Assembly: GCF_009914755.1 (NCBI RefSeq) | Contig: NC_060934.1 | Source: the human T2T-CHM13v2.0 reference genome, Homo sapiens | Reading direction: 5' to 3' (one strand) | Length of the DNA: 64,000 bases | Shown here: positions 14,953 through 30,195 of the stretch, one piece after another | Numbering within the stretch: the first letter of the stretch is position 1 | How the letters are laid out: every line of letters starts with the position of its first letter | Notes under the pieces: generated by a model | Told to the model about the DNA's origin: nothing | The model's database searches: none | Seen by the model: the letters and a program-made list of their open reading frames with translations, nothing else | Translations under genes and position numbers: made by a program

Positions 14953-15929
14953 ACATTCAAATATCTTAACTAGTTGTTGAAAGATTTCTCACCCTGAAGT
15001 ATTTTCTCCCATTCGGGGTAGGGGTTGTCAAATGCCTGGAGTTGGAGGAGGCATTCAGTCCTTCCATGCTGCCTTTGAAAGAGATTCATGCTCTGCTCTG
15101 CCCATCTAGAACTTCAAAAGTGAGACCCAGGAAATCACCCTGTCAATCACATCTCAGGTCATCTGTGAGAAAAGGGTAAAACAGAACCTTCCCAAAAGTC
15201 TCCTAGAAAAGAAAAAAAACCTGTGTGTCTCTCTGTGTGTTTCCCTGTGGTATTCAAACAACAGTTTTGCAGGGATTCAGCATCTACAACAAGCCAACAG
15301 TCAATATAAATCCAATTGGACCTAATGACTGGCTTTCTCTCCCCTCCCAGCGATGGTGACAATGATTTCTCAGACGCCTTTTAGTTACAGACAAGTTTCT
15401 GAACAACATAATTAGGTTTGGGTCTTTGCAGCCTGCCCTGTCGGACTATTGATTATCCACTAAAATCTCCTGCCCTGAGGATGTCTGGGTGTGCAGTCGG
15501 CATGGCAAGTGAGTGAGGACAGCTTTGAGCAGGGGCATGTGGGAGCCTCCACAGGGCTGTGTCCCGAGTCTGTAGTCCCTTCCAATGTCCTCTGCTGTGA
15601 AGGACCACCTGTGGGTGCCCACCTGTCAGCACCCACAGTGTTGGACATCATCTGCCCTCAAACCACAAAGGTCCAAGAAGCAGAGTTCCAGTCCTCACCG
15701 CCCTGCCCTTACATGTGTATGACCCTGGGCAAGGCGCTGTCCCTCTCTGGGTCTGCTTTCCTGTGTGTCAAAGGCAGCCACTAGACTTAATAGCCTCAAA
15801 GACCCCTTGCAGCATATAGGTGCTACCTGGTGCCATCTCACAGAAATAGGTAATTTAAAACTTTCTCTCAGCCACATTTTAAAAAGCACAAACAAACAAA
15901 CAGATACAAAACCCAGATGAAATTAGTTT

Positions 15930-16042
15930 AGTTGAGCCCAGGAAGTCAAGGCTGCCGTGAGTTGTGATCATGCCACTGCACTCCAGTCTGGGCAATAGAG
16001 CTATTCCCTGTCTCTTAAAAAACAAAAACAAAAACAAAAAAG
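15930..16042 (+). mobile_element. AluJ 3' fragment
   Basis: ttgagcccaggaagtcaaggctg...ccactgcactccag...A-rich tail. Confidence 0.75.
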
Positions 16043-18609
16043 AATGAGCCCAGATGAACCTACTGGAACATGGACATGGCAGAGGCTGGTAAATACTTTA
16101 TCAGGGCTTTATGTGTTCTTACAGGTCAAAGCCCAGGGAGGCTGTGATGACCATGTAAAGCTCAACATTTGCAGCAGAGAGAGGACTTGAGTTGGGCTCT
16201 GGGCTAGGAATAGGATTGGGAATGGTGGAGGGATGAGGCGAATAGCATAACCGATGACTGTTTCTGGGGCATGGAGGGACCAGTGTGATTCAAGCGGAGG
16301 TAGAAGTGAGGGATGGGGTGGGGTGGGGTGGATTGCAGATGATCTTGGAAGCCAGGCAGGAGAGTGTAGATTTGAGGTATCAGGGAGCTACCTTAGGCTC
16401 CTGAACAGGGGAGGGGTTTGTTGAAAGAAAGCGGTGGTTCATGGATATCTACAGAGTCACAGATAGACTGGAGGCAGCACATGGTGCCGGGTGGGGCAGA
16501 GAGGAGGCTGCTGGGGTAGGAGGTGGTGGCAGGGACAGGAGTGGGGATGAAGAGGGAACATGAAACATTCAGTAGAGAATTGGAGGGTGCCTGTGCCATA
16601 CCGTGGGCCTTCAGCTTTGATGGCACAGCTGGGACCGTGGGATGACATCTGGGCATTTTGCTTTTGGCTGGGCTCCCCTGGCCAGGGGCAGGAACGACAT
16701 CCTAGGAAGACGATCTGCCTAAGCAAAGACTCAGCATCAGGAATGAGCAGAGGTTGGGGCATGGGGGATGGCCACAGGGAATGCTGGGGAAGGAGGGGAC
16801 ATAAATGATTCTATTATTGTAGCTTTAATGAGCAGAGACAGCAGTCCCTTGTTGCATCATAAATTGGGTGGGTTTCATGGTCACTCAGTAACTGACGGTG
16901 GGGAAAATATTTTCCAAGCCAAACCAGGTAGGAAGAGGTGAGGGCTTGGATAGGTAGAAGAAAGGAAGTGGATGTTCCAGGTGGAGGAAGCCACTTAGGC
17001 AAAGGCATGGAAGCTGGCCTGAGCAACAGCAGATCACTGGACCCACAAGGAGACAGCCAGCGAGGGCCGAGCCTTCTGCGTGGTGGGTGCCTGATGGCAT
17101 TTGTGAGGTGCCTGGGATGGTAAACTCACTTCGTAAGTGATCAGGGAACTTGGATCAGCCATAGCATTTACTGAACTTTTACTCTGTGCCAGGCTCTGGG
17201 GACGCAGGGGTGAACGAGACACTGAAGCCCCTGACCTCACTGAGCTCCCAGGGGGAGGGACCCAGAAGCCCAACATTAATGACAGTCATATTAGTAACAT
17301 TGTGATTATAATGAGAAATGCCAGGACTGGAAGGTTTAGGGATCTATCAATATGGCACAGGGGACATACGCTCAGGTGTCATGGAAGGCTTCCCTGGGAA
17401 GAAATACCTTCTCATCCATTGACTTTCAACCTATCTGTGTTTTGACCTAGGATGTAAAGGCTAAGGGAGAATTAATGAGATGAAGGTGGAAGAGGGAAGG
17501 ACATTTTGGACAGTAGGAATGGCCTGAGCAAAGGCCCTGGGGTAGGAGGGAACATTGGGTGTATGAGAAGATGAGAGGCTAGGAATGAAAACAAGATAAT
17601 CAGATGAAGAGGGAGAAGAGCACCCCAGGCAGAAGGAACAGAGAGCAGAAAGGCCCTGAGGCAGAGCGTGCTTACTGAAAAGAGCCCACTGTAGCTGGGT
17701 GGGGAAAGGGAGGGCAAGAGGGAAGGCCATGGCCAAGTGGTATAAGAGGAGGCGAGGAGCTCCCAGGCCAGGGCTTCTCAGGCTGGAATTCTGGGGCCCT
17801 GGAGATACACAAAGACATCTGAAGCCATGCAAGAGCCCAGAGAATCATAAGGGAATCTGATATGAAACAGACAGCAAGGACAAATGTGGCAAATTAAGAT
17901 GGAAAGAGTGGGCAGGGCTGGACCAGGCTTGTCCCATTGGGCCACATGGAAAACTTTGAACATTATCCCAAGTGAGAGGCTGTTGACGTGTTTTACACAA
18001 GGAAGTGGTGTGACCATGTTGGTTTTTTGCCGCTGTCTCTGGCTGGGGAGGAAGGTAGACTGTATGAGGCCTGGGGATGCTGGGAGCAGGCATGGGTGTA
18101 GAGTGGGAGGGGGATTGCAATATTCCAAGTGAGAGTGGAGGATCAAGGCATGAAGCAAATGAAAACCTGCTCTTCACAGCCAGCTGGCTCCTCTGCAGCC
18201 TTCAGTGACAGCAAATGTCCTTAGACAGGTTAGTGATTCTATTAAAATAGCCAAACCTGGAGACCCACATTTACAGATAATGCCACATGAAGCCAGTTAA
18301 TTCAGTGATTGAATTATTAAGTTAGAGCATCTATGACCTAATGTCATTGGTAGTCAGCAAGGCATCCTTCAAGTAAATTGACATTTGCCTTCCCATTCCC
18401 TCTTAAAATCAGAACAGTCGATTTGGTTAAATTTTACACAGAAAATGTTCTTTTGCAGCTGCCTACGCAGAAAACCTCAGAAAAGCATGAGAATGAAATG
18501 CATTCTTTTTCTAATCATAGTCTCATTATTTACCTGTATGCTAAACAACTGATTGAGTTGGTGTCAAGGAAAAAACAACCCTCTACCTGAATGAGACAGA
18601 TCTTGGCGG

Positions 18610-19750
18610 AGACTTTCCATATATTCTTGAAAAGAATGTGAAGTCTGCTACTGTTCAGTGTAAATAAATACCAATTAAGCCAAAGTGGCTGCTGCTATTA
18701 TTTTGATCTTCTGTGTCTGGTGATTTTTTTGTTCAGGTGTTCTATCAATTGTTGAGAAAGGGTGTTCAATTTCCCCACTTTGATTATGGAAACATCTATT
18801 TCTCCCTTTCATTCTGTCCATTTTTTTTCATAGATTTGGGGCCTTATTATTGGGTGCATATGCATTACGACTTTTATATCTGCCTGTTGATTGACTCCTT
18901 TTCCCATAATGAAAGCTCCTTTTTAGATCTCTTTTTCAAGTTTTGTTTTTGAAATCTATTTTATCTGAAATTAATACACTCACTTCAGCCTTCTTACGCT
19001 TACAGTTTACATGCATTGTTTTTTTTCCATCCATTTACTTCCAACTGATCTGTGTCTTTATATTTAAAGAGTGACTCTTATAGACAACATAGAGTTGATA
19101 CTCTTTTTAAAATCCATTCTGACAACTGCTTTCTTTTACTTGTAGTGTTCATTGATGTTTAATGTAATTCTTGATTTAGCTGGGTTTCCTCTATCATTTT
19201 ATTTTTGTTTTCTGCCTGACTCCTCTGGTTTTTGTTCATCTGTTCCTCCTTCCCCATCTTTTAAAATGACTTGAATACTTTTTCTTAGAATGCATTTAGT
19301 TTTAATTTTTCTGTCAGCAGTTTAGCTATTCTTTGCATTATTTTTGACAGTGGTTGTGCTAGGATTCCATCATACATCCTTAACTTTTCACAGTCCATTT
19401 ACAGTTAATCATAGGCCCTTCACATAAAGTATGGACATCTGGCTTCATTATAGCCCCAGAACCACCCCCATCCCTTAATAACAGTTGTTGTAAGTAATGC
19501 ATCTACATATGTCGTGAGCCCCTCGAGATGATGTTACAATTTTAATTTTAAACAGTTAAAAGTTTATAAAGACAGTTTGAGGGAAAAGGCAAAAACAAAA
19601 CACACAAAACAAAAAGAATCCATCCAAGAGTCTTTTGCCTTGAGCCAGACATTGCCCTTTTCCAATGTTTTGCCATTGTTTTCTGGGGAAGGAGGTTTCC
19701 ATCTGCTATCACTGCCCTTCAGTCTGGCTTGAGACAGCTCATGGCCCTGC
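18610..19750 (-). mobile_element. Old L1M fragment
   Basis: T-rich antisense L1 ORF2-like text (cttgaaaagaatgtg..tctgct, tctatttctccctttcattctgtc, ttaaaatccattctgacaac). Confidence 0.7.
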
Positions 19751-20408
19751 CTGCTCCCCAGGAGGCGTCTCCCTGCGGCGTCTCCCTGCATGGCCTGTGT
19801 GTTCGGTGCAGCCAACGCTACATTGAAAGTGTTTGCCTTTTCTAAGTGTCTATGGTGACAGCCTCTTTATCACCAACACATCCTTTTGGCAGGGGTGGCA
19901 GTGGTGGGGTACCTTATGTACAGAGCAGTGAGTTGATCCTCTGCCCAGTTCTGAGCAGACTGTGGTGCCCATTTCTTGGTTTCTTTTCACTTATTTCCAC
20001 TTTTCCACTTCATCCTAGATCCCCATTCCTGGCCCCCTCCTGGAGAAGGGGATCCAATTCCGATGTACTTGATTCATACCCTTGGATGGGGACGAAGCCT
20101 CCAAAAATGTAGTGGTGCCCATCTGCTTCTTATGTACCCACCTGGAATTATGCTATAGAACTTGCCCTCCTCCTCCTCCCAAGACCCAAGGCCTCCTAAA
20201 ATCTGCCTGTGGAGATGTGTGCAACGCAGTGCACAGCTTCTATGGCTCCATGGTACTCTACAGTCGCGTCCTCCACATTTCACTTACATCGTCCCTAGTG
20301 AGGGAAACCCAGGTTGCATCAGTTCCCCACTGCTGCACACGACATGGCAATGACCATCCTTATCTATGCCCCTTAGGTTCTGAGTAGGGATTTCTCAGAG
20401 ACAAACAG

Positions 20409-20448
20409 GACACACACACACACAGAGAAAGAGAGAGAGAGAGAGAGA
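20409..20448. repeat. (CA)n(GA)n microsatellite
   Basis: Seen directly. Confidence 0.9.
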
Positions 20449-22724
20449 CCGCAGCCTACCTTCGGGTCCCTGTTCTGGGCCCTCTCACTTCCTACTCTCC
20501 AGCCACGGTGTGGGGAGCGGGCAGACCCTCCCTCAAGCCATGCAGTAATCCTCCCACTAGCACCTTGTCTTTGCTCTTCTAGGAGGAGGTTGGCAAGGAG
20601 CTCTTGAGGGTCTTGCCCAAAAGGCACTTGCTCTACCCAGTCTGAAGATGACGCAAACAAATCCTGTCTAGGTGTAGCCCTCCTGGGAAAGTTCAGCTGA
20701 GGCTGCCAGCCCTGGAAATTCAGGGGACTGGGATACAGGCCATGGGAGCCACCTGGGGCTATGTACAAATGGGATGGAATTTCCCACAAAGTGCAGTGGT
20801 AACTGTCTCAGCGACTTCCCTGGTGTGTCCTGAAACGTACAATGTATCCTACATTTACCCAGGCTCTTCCTGGGAGCAACTCTTTGTGCAGGGACTCTTC
20901 TGTGGGTAGCCTCTGGGGGGCTTTTAAATCTGGCTTCTTGGTTTGAACAAAAGATGGCAGAGAGAGAGGGAGAGAGAGAGAGAACTCTGGATCAGAGGGT
21001 GGGCACTTACTTAATTCCACCAAAAAGTTCCTGATTGCTCTCCAGAAAGGCTGCACCAGTCCCCATGCACCCCAAGGAAAGTACTCTCATTTAGCTATAT
21101 TTTCACCAACAAATGGTCTCACCCAACTTCCTATTGTTGCCAGTGCTCCAGGTGTAGGGCTGTGTCTCAACCTCATTTTAATAGGCATTTCTCTGATTAC
21201 TAGCGTATGAGTGTCTCTTCATGAGCTTGGTAGCTATTTGGGCTCCCCCTTCTGTGACCTATCTGTTCCAATCCTGTGCCAGCTCGCTGGCTCCTGCCTG
21301 GCTACTCTACTCTCCCTTCCTTCCCTGTCTGTGATAACTAGTACGCCAGGTTGGGCTAGGCTAGGAACCACTGAGTCTCTTGGGATGGTTTTGTTCGTTT
21401 CTGCTCTGACCCATTATTTGAATGTCACAGCTTAATGCCCAGGAGGTGAGGGTACTGTCCTTGTTTCCAAGTTCTCTGGTGGGGGAGCACCTGAGGATTT
21501 TTCCCCCAGGAAACACCTACACCTTCCCTGTATCCAGCAGTTTCCATTTTCCAGTAACAGAGAACACCTAATGTCAGGCACTAGGCAAGGCCCATCCCAC
21601 TTTCTCTCTATAACTATGCTGGAGGGAGGGACTGTTATCCTGCTGGAGAGACAGATAAGAAACAGGTATGTAAAGGTCAAGTAGAATGACCAAGGTCATG
21701 TAACTTGTAAGAGACCCCACTAGGATGCTGTCTACAGCTTAAACTGTTAGTGCAATCTCCAGTAATGTCTATTTCAAATAACTGCTATGTCCCAGGTGGC
21801 TACTTCCTAAATAGAATTTAGAAATTATCATTCTCAATTATTGAAATGTAATGAAAAAGTAAACTCGGGTACCACCTTTGTACCTCCTCAGTCCCCAGTG
21901 TCTAAAAAAGGTGCAAGTGAGTGGAGGGAGAGGAGGGAGAGTTACTTTCCTCTAGAGAGGAAGTAACTCTAGAGGAAGTAATGTTTCTTTGAGGGTTACT
22001 CAAAGGAGGAAGTGAAGTAAAAAGGAGAAGTAACACCTTCATGAGGGTTTATAAGGGAGGGGCCTGTCTGATGCTGGACAGCATGCTTTCCTCCATGAGG
22101 AAATAACTAGAAAAGAAGAGGAAGCGGAAAGAAAATGTGCAAAGGCCCTGGGGCAGAGAAATGCTGAGAGGAACCACTGTGGCCAGAGGGGGAAGGCGAG
22201 GGCTAAGATGTTTGAGAAGTGGCCGTGGAGGCTCTTCAGGCTGGAATGGCAGGACACTGAGTGTATATGAAGATGTCCCGAGCCGTTTGAGACCCTCAAT
22301 TTTCATGTCTTCCATTCTAAAGCTTATCTGGCTGATATGGACCTGGGTGGGGACATGCACATGCTCCTGCATGGCCTCCCCTCTCCACAGTCTCCCATCT
22401 TCCCCTGGGCAAAGAAAGGCTCCCTTCCTATCTAACCTGAGTCTGACCCCCTTCCTGTATACAGTGTCCTGAGGCACAAAAACATCCTCGGCACCAAACA
22501 GAGACACTTTTGGTGTCTCTTTCAGCAAGACTCCAAAAATCCCCTCTCTATCCATCCCTTAAGTAATGCACTTTTAAGACAATTTTCCTTTTTATGTTTA
22601 ATAATTATTTATCAGAATACATATTTGTGTATGATGTCTTGATCACTTAAATACCATTAATCATTGTTATAATCACATAATCCTAAAGAGAATTTTAGAG
22701 CCTTATTAATTAATCATTAATTAA

Positions 22725-23004
<280 letters not shown>

Positions 23005-23007
23005 AAA

Positions 23008-23235
23008 CTTTTTTTTATACTTTCAACTTTTGTTTTGGATTCAGGGGGTACATGTGCAGGGTTGTTACACTGGTATATTGAGTGATGTTGAGGTGTGGGG
23101 TATGATTGATCCTGTCCCCCTGGTAGTGAGCATAGTACCCAAGAGTTAGTTTTTCAACCTTTTCCCCCCTCCCTCCCTTTCCCCTTTAGTAGTCCCCACC
23201 AGGGTCTGTTGTTGCCATCTTTATGTCCACGTGTA
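23008..23235 (-). mobile_element. L1PA 3' end fragment
   Basis: ttcagggggtacatgtgcagg..gtgagcatagtaccc..tgttgttgccatctttatgtcca. Confidence 0.8.
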
Positions 23236-25498
23236 GAAAATTTTAAAAAGCTAATGCATATTCACATATTTATTGTGGTTCACATAATAGATAGGTGATG
23301 AATACAGAATTTAAACAATAAAAGCATTAGGGTAGGATACAATTCTGTTGGAAAACGGAATGGAAACATACTTAAAAGGGGTAAAGAACACAATGTAAAT
23401 ATTTTGACTGTTAAAGGGATACTTGTTTATATTCTTAAGTATAACATGGCAGTTTTGTATTCTTATACAAATTCCTTTGGGTATATTTAAAAGAGAGAGA
23501 TAATTTTATACATAAAGGTCAATAAATACAATATACCCTATTTAAATATATGATTAAAAAACTCATTTTAGATGCCAACTTGAAAATGTGTAAGGCAAAC
23601 ATATTGTTAAACATTTTTTAGGGGGTTTCAACAAAAAGTCTGTTATAGGCCATAGTGCTCTAGGGGTGGTGACAGTGATCCGGAGGCGGGAACGCCGGGC
23701 TGGCATTGTCCCTGGAGCCATCTACATCCAGCTGGCTGGGCTGGAGTTTGGTGTGGCTTCCAGTGTTCACTGCTATGATGCTGCTATCAGGTCAGAATGT
23801 CAGCAGGGATTTGTCTAGGCTTTACTGTCTCCCCAGCATTAACCATAGTGCCTGGCACGTAGTAAGAGCTCAACACATATTCAGCGCATGAATGAGGGGC
23901 CGGCACTTACGGAGCTCTCACTTTGTGCCAGGCACTGTGCTAAGAGCTGCCTATGCATTCCCCTGGAATTCTCACAACCACGCTGCAGTAGGTCCAGTGA
24001 GTATCCCCATTCCAGAGATGGCGAAACTAAGCCACAAAGAGGATACATAACCAGCCCAAGGCCACCAGTCAAGGAAGTAGCAGACTGGGACCTGGGCATC
24101 CTGGCAGGCACCCTTTACCATAATGCCTCTCTGTCCCCATGTGGTCCCTGGGGTAGAGTCTGCATCCTTGGGTTCTGAAACTCCAGAGCAAGCACTCTGG
24201 GGCACTCCCTGAGTGATACCCTCCTGCCATCTTAAACGGCTCTCTGCCATCTGCTTCCTCCTCCTAAGTGGTTTTCCTTCTGTCCTCCCTGTTTAATGTT
24301 TAAGTTGTGCACATCCTGTGACATCCTGGAGACCCATGTTCCTGACCTACTTACCTATTCAACCATCTCTTCTCACACATGGGGTAGCAATGAGAAGCAC
24401 AGGGGGTCTCTGCAAGGGAGTAGGGAGGTGGAGAGAGCGGGGGCAGCCACACATCACACTGCTGTTCTCAGTGGCCTCCTGCTGTCAACAAGCTAACATT
24501 AATAAAACAAGGCCACTCTTCTGCTAAGAGACTGTGACAGGGTAACATTTATTCTAGGTAGCTTTTCAAGAAAACAGCTCTTGCTCCCACGGTCCCCTCG
24601 GAGGGCCTGCAGAGCTCCAGCGATGTCAGAGGGCATCTGTTTGTTTCTCCTTTGCTTATAAAAGGGACCTGGAAATCAAAGGCAGGCTCTTAGCCCTTAG
24701 CAGTGAGGATGACAGCTCTGCACCAGCCACACGCAGGCCCCTGGCTCTAGGAACCACCTCTCACCCAGACGCCCAGGCACAGCATGGTGGGGAGAGAGTA
24801 CAGGACACAGGGCCTAGGCCTGCTGCCCCGCCCACAGCCCGCCCCCTAGCCCTTTCTCTGAGGCCAGGTGTACTCACCTAGCCTCCAGGGTCCCCTGCTC
24901 AGGTGGCCCCAGAGGCCCAAACCCACTGCTCCCACTTTCTGAGACCTGGGACCCTCACCTCCCCAACTCCCACCATAGGGCGACACTGAAAAGTGTCCCC
25001 TTCCCCCCCCCGTTTCCAAGTCACCAGCTTGAGGATGCCCAAGGCTCAAAGGCTCCTCCGAGTGGCACCCCGCATCGGGCTGCAGAGGTCGGAGAGGGGA
25101 GGGGATGGTGGGTGCAAAGGGTGGCTTCTTCAGGAAAGGGAAGCCTGTCCCTGGCTCCCAGCACCTGTCACCCCTGGCGATCTCACCCCGCGGCCATCAT
25201 TCCCGTCCTCACGGCCCATTTCAGGGACACTGAGGCTCAAAGAGCCACGTGATTTATTCAAAGCAGCTCGAGCCACCACTTGGAGCCACAAGAAAGCCCT
25301 GGTCCGTGCCTCCTCGCCTTGGTCCCTGGCCCTTCACTCTTCGTCCAGGCTCTCTGACCTCTTTCCCTCTGCGCCCCTGCCTCTTCCCCAGGCCTGGGTC
25401 CCCAAGGCACTCGGCCACGCGCTGGGTCCGGGGAAGAGGCGCGGCCGCGGCCGAGGCGGGGACAGGGAGGCGGCAGCCCCTCCTGCGCAGCGACGGCG

Positions 25499-25545
25499 CG
25501 GGCGGGAGGAGGCCGGGGCGCCCCAGCCCCCCGCCCCCGCTCCCT
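25499..25545. promoter_or_regulatory. Sp1/EGR1 GC-box cluster
   Basis: GGGCGG and GGGGCG boxes, plus CGCCCCCGC at 25532-25540 (EGR consensus GCGGGGGCG on the - strand). Confidence 0.7.
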
Positions 25546-25552
25546 CCGGCCG

Positions 25553-25560
25553 TGACGTCA
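25553..25560. promoter_or_regulatory. cAMP response element (TGACGTCA)
   Basis: Perfect palindromic CRE just upstream of the inferred TSS, consistent with known CRE-dependent VMAT2 promoter activity. Confidence 0.9.
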
Positions 25561-25600
25561 GAGCCGGACGGGGTAAACTGAGCGGCGGCGGCGGGGCGCT

Positions 25601-25707
25601 GGGGCGGAGACTGCGACCCGGAGCCGCCCGGACTGACGGAGCCCACTGCGGTGCGGGCGTTGGCGCGGGCACGGAGGACCCGGGCAGGCATCGCAAGCGA
25701 CCCCGAG
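25601..25707 (+). other. SLC18A2: SLC18A2 exon 1 (5'UTR, non-coding)
   Basis: Ends at donor CGAG|GTAACA, contains no ATG, and lies ~40 nt downstream of the CRE. Start position is approximate. Confidence 0.85.
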
Positions 25708-26084
25708 GTAACACGGCCCCGGTTCCCTGCTCGCAGGGCGCGGTGCCGGAGGGGAGCGGGCCCGGGGGAGGCAGGGAGGCAGGGAGGCCCCCAGAGCTAC
25801 GCGGGCGGGGCTGCGGGGACCCCGGGGCAGCCGGGGCGCAGGGCGCAGGGCGCAAGGTGCACGGGGCCGAGCGTGCAGTTTGGGAGGTGGCACAGTTGGG
25901 GGCGGCGGGGATCAGGGCAGCGTCCTGGGGGTTCTAGGTTGGGTCTCCAGATTGGGTCCCCGACGGCGCTCGCGGGCGCTCTTTCCAGGGAGCGCGGGCT
26001 CTCGTGGGGACGCGCTCGAGGCAGGTGAGCCGAGGCTGGGGCGCCCGGGGGTGTCCCCGGATGCCGGTGCGCGCGGCTCCCTGA

Positions 26085-26528
<444 letters not shown>

Positions 26529-27118
26529 TAAGACCCAGAACTTATGTTTCCCCCTGATAATTTCCCGCATCCTCTTGCCTGCTTTCACTGCGATGAAAAA
26601 GATTTCTGTTCCAAAAGAGAAATTCCTAAAGTTCAAAATTACGTGTTAGAATAATTATTGGGCTACTCGAAAAGGCAGGTTAGTAATTTGGTGTAGTACC
26701 TAAAAGAGCAAGTTTCGATCCCTTACTCCAAAAACAAGACATTTAGATATACTGTATTAGTGAATGACTTGAGATGGAAATATTTCAGGAACTATTGCAA
26801 GAACAATTTGAACAATCTTGGTTCTATTATTTTTCCTATAGTGGAATTTTGAAAAATTAAATAATCGAAATCCAGGTCCCTTAATTAGGCCCATTAACAG
26901 AGAAGTATTTGGCATGCATTTCCTTAAAAAAAAAAATCCCAGTTTTTAATGAATGAAAAAAAAATCACGACTCATTTAGACTGTAAGTGGTGGGAGCTGT
27001 TTCCTTTCTCTCCATTTGCAGGTTTTCTCACAGCAGTTTTCAGAGCATCTGATAGGTTTCATCTCGAGGAGTTATCAGAGCCGTGGAGCTCATCCCTGTT
27101 CAGTACCAACGGCATTAG

Positions 27119-27518
<400 letters not shown>

Positions 27519-28058
27519 TGTTTCAGTTTTGCTTTTTCCTTGTGAAAGCCTTAGGAATTCTTAAATCTTACAAGTTGTAGGAAAAATTACAGATTCCCAC
27601 TCATAATAGAAGGATGAAGTGGGCCTGTTGCAGAATTTCCAAGTTATTACTTCCTGCAGGTTAATTTTTTTCTAAGACACATAATGAAGTGTAGTTTTCT
27701 GTTTCCTTGATTCATTCATTTGAAAGTCTTTTGAGCCTCTCTTTCTTAGAAGCACTGGTTGACTCCAGGTCAGCACTCTCTTAACGTCAGGCCACATTTT
27801 GCTTTTCTGAAATATTCCTTGAAGGAACAATGTGGAAGAAACCCACAAATGACAGAATCTCTGGGACCAGTCAGTTCAGCACAGCAGCTGCCTTTTGAGA
27901 GGAGACAGTTCTCAGGGCCGTTGGGGGCATGGTTCTTTCTAGTGAGCTAAGTAAAGTGAACTTGCTCCAATGTCGTTATAGACATATGGCACAGGGCTCC
28001 TGTTTTGGGGTAGACCTGTCACCCTCTGGACCTCTTCTGGCATTTGACACAACCATAG

Positions 28059-28801
<743 letters not shown>

Positions 28802-30055
28802 TAGGGCAGACTACTTTAGTCAAAGAGTTTGATATTTGTATCAGTCCTAGCTTATGTCCTTCCTGGAATTCTGCTTCTTACTCATTGGTGAGAGTCTGGA
28901 AAATCCATGGTGGGTGAGCTGGGGAAAACCCAGTCCCCTTCCCCTATGTCTCTGTTCCCAGATAACCACAATTTCCTATTCTATTCTCCCTTCTGTTGCT
29001 CAACAAGTAAGAAAATATTAAAGAAGACAGAATAAAGAGGACCTCTTCCACCAAGTGGGAGGACTTTGGCTTGTCTAAATGCCAGGTTTCGTAAGTGCAT
29101 TTGTCAGAATCGCCCTTGGCAGCAGGAACTCTACAGCCACCATGGCTGTCATCCTATTTTATGAGCCATGTGGCCTCCTCTTATCTCCTACCTCAGGCCA
29201 TGCACTTCTCTGTAGAGAGCCAAGGTGTCTTCTTTTGGAACTGGCATGTTAAAGCCTCTCACAGATACCAGGTAGGGAGTGTGGGAAAAGGTTGGACGCA
29301 CTGGTGCGCAGATGGAGCTCCGAGTTGATGCCGAGGTCATGGGCTGTGTTCTTCCCTTCTGCTGGCTACGTAGCCACGTCCACGTGCATGAAAGGAAGAG
29401 AACTGAGGCTGTTGTCTGGATAATCCAAGCTGCCCAAACTAGCTTCAGATGAATCAGGCTGTTCTAGATTTTTTTGAACCCACATTGTTTGGAATAACTG
29501 TTTACTTCTCCATTGTTGGTGAAGTGTTTGTTCTTCTGTAGCTGAGGTGGACCAGTTCTGCCTGGTCCGTGGGGGCTCAAAGCTCAGGACAAGGGCCTTG
29601 CAGCTGAGAGGAGGAGGCAGGCCCCCAAGGTGTCAGTGCAAGGAGTGGGAGCTGGTACAGTTAAGTGTTGGTGGTGGGCTGCCAAGTGCGCAGTGTAGCT
29701 ACCTAGGTGAAAGTTACAAAACACCAGAAATGGTGGGGAGGGGTGTGCCCAGAGTCCTACCTGCAGACCAGGCCCAGAAGCAGGAACAAAGACTAGACTA
29801 GAGATGGAAGAGATGGTGGCGAGGAGAGGGTGGAACTAAGGAGGCAGGGGAAACCAGGGCTGGGCTAGGCTGTAAGAGGCCCCAAGTGCTGGGCTGAGAA
29901 AGGAGTGGGATTCTGTGTGGGGCAGTTGGGAGCCATTAGAAATTCCAAAGCCAAAAAGAAATGAGTGAATCAAGCACTATTTTAAGCAGGGTAGGTGGGC
30001 AGGGAGCAGGGAGAACTTCACATTTCCTCTGCCTTTGGCGTGGGGAGTGGGGCGC

Positions 30056-30195
30056 AGGACTGGCTGCATAATTTGTGGGTCTCGGTGCAAAATGAAAATG
30101 TGTGCCCCACATTCAAACATTATGAAACACTTCAAGGTGGCAGCAGAGCATTAAATCAACCAAGCTCTGAGAGCAGAGCCCTGTGCGACTCTAGG
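30056..30195. mobile_element. hAT DNA transposon remnant (MER45-like)
   Basis: ggctgcataatttgtggg..gtgcaaaatgaaaatgtg..gcagagcattaaa matches the remembered consensus. Confidence 0.6.

Noticed and set aside
27870-27895. Partial REST/RE1-like motif (ttcagcac...)
   Set aside because: Only the left half matches; there is no GGACAG right half at valid spacing.
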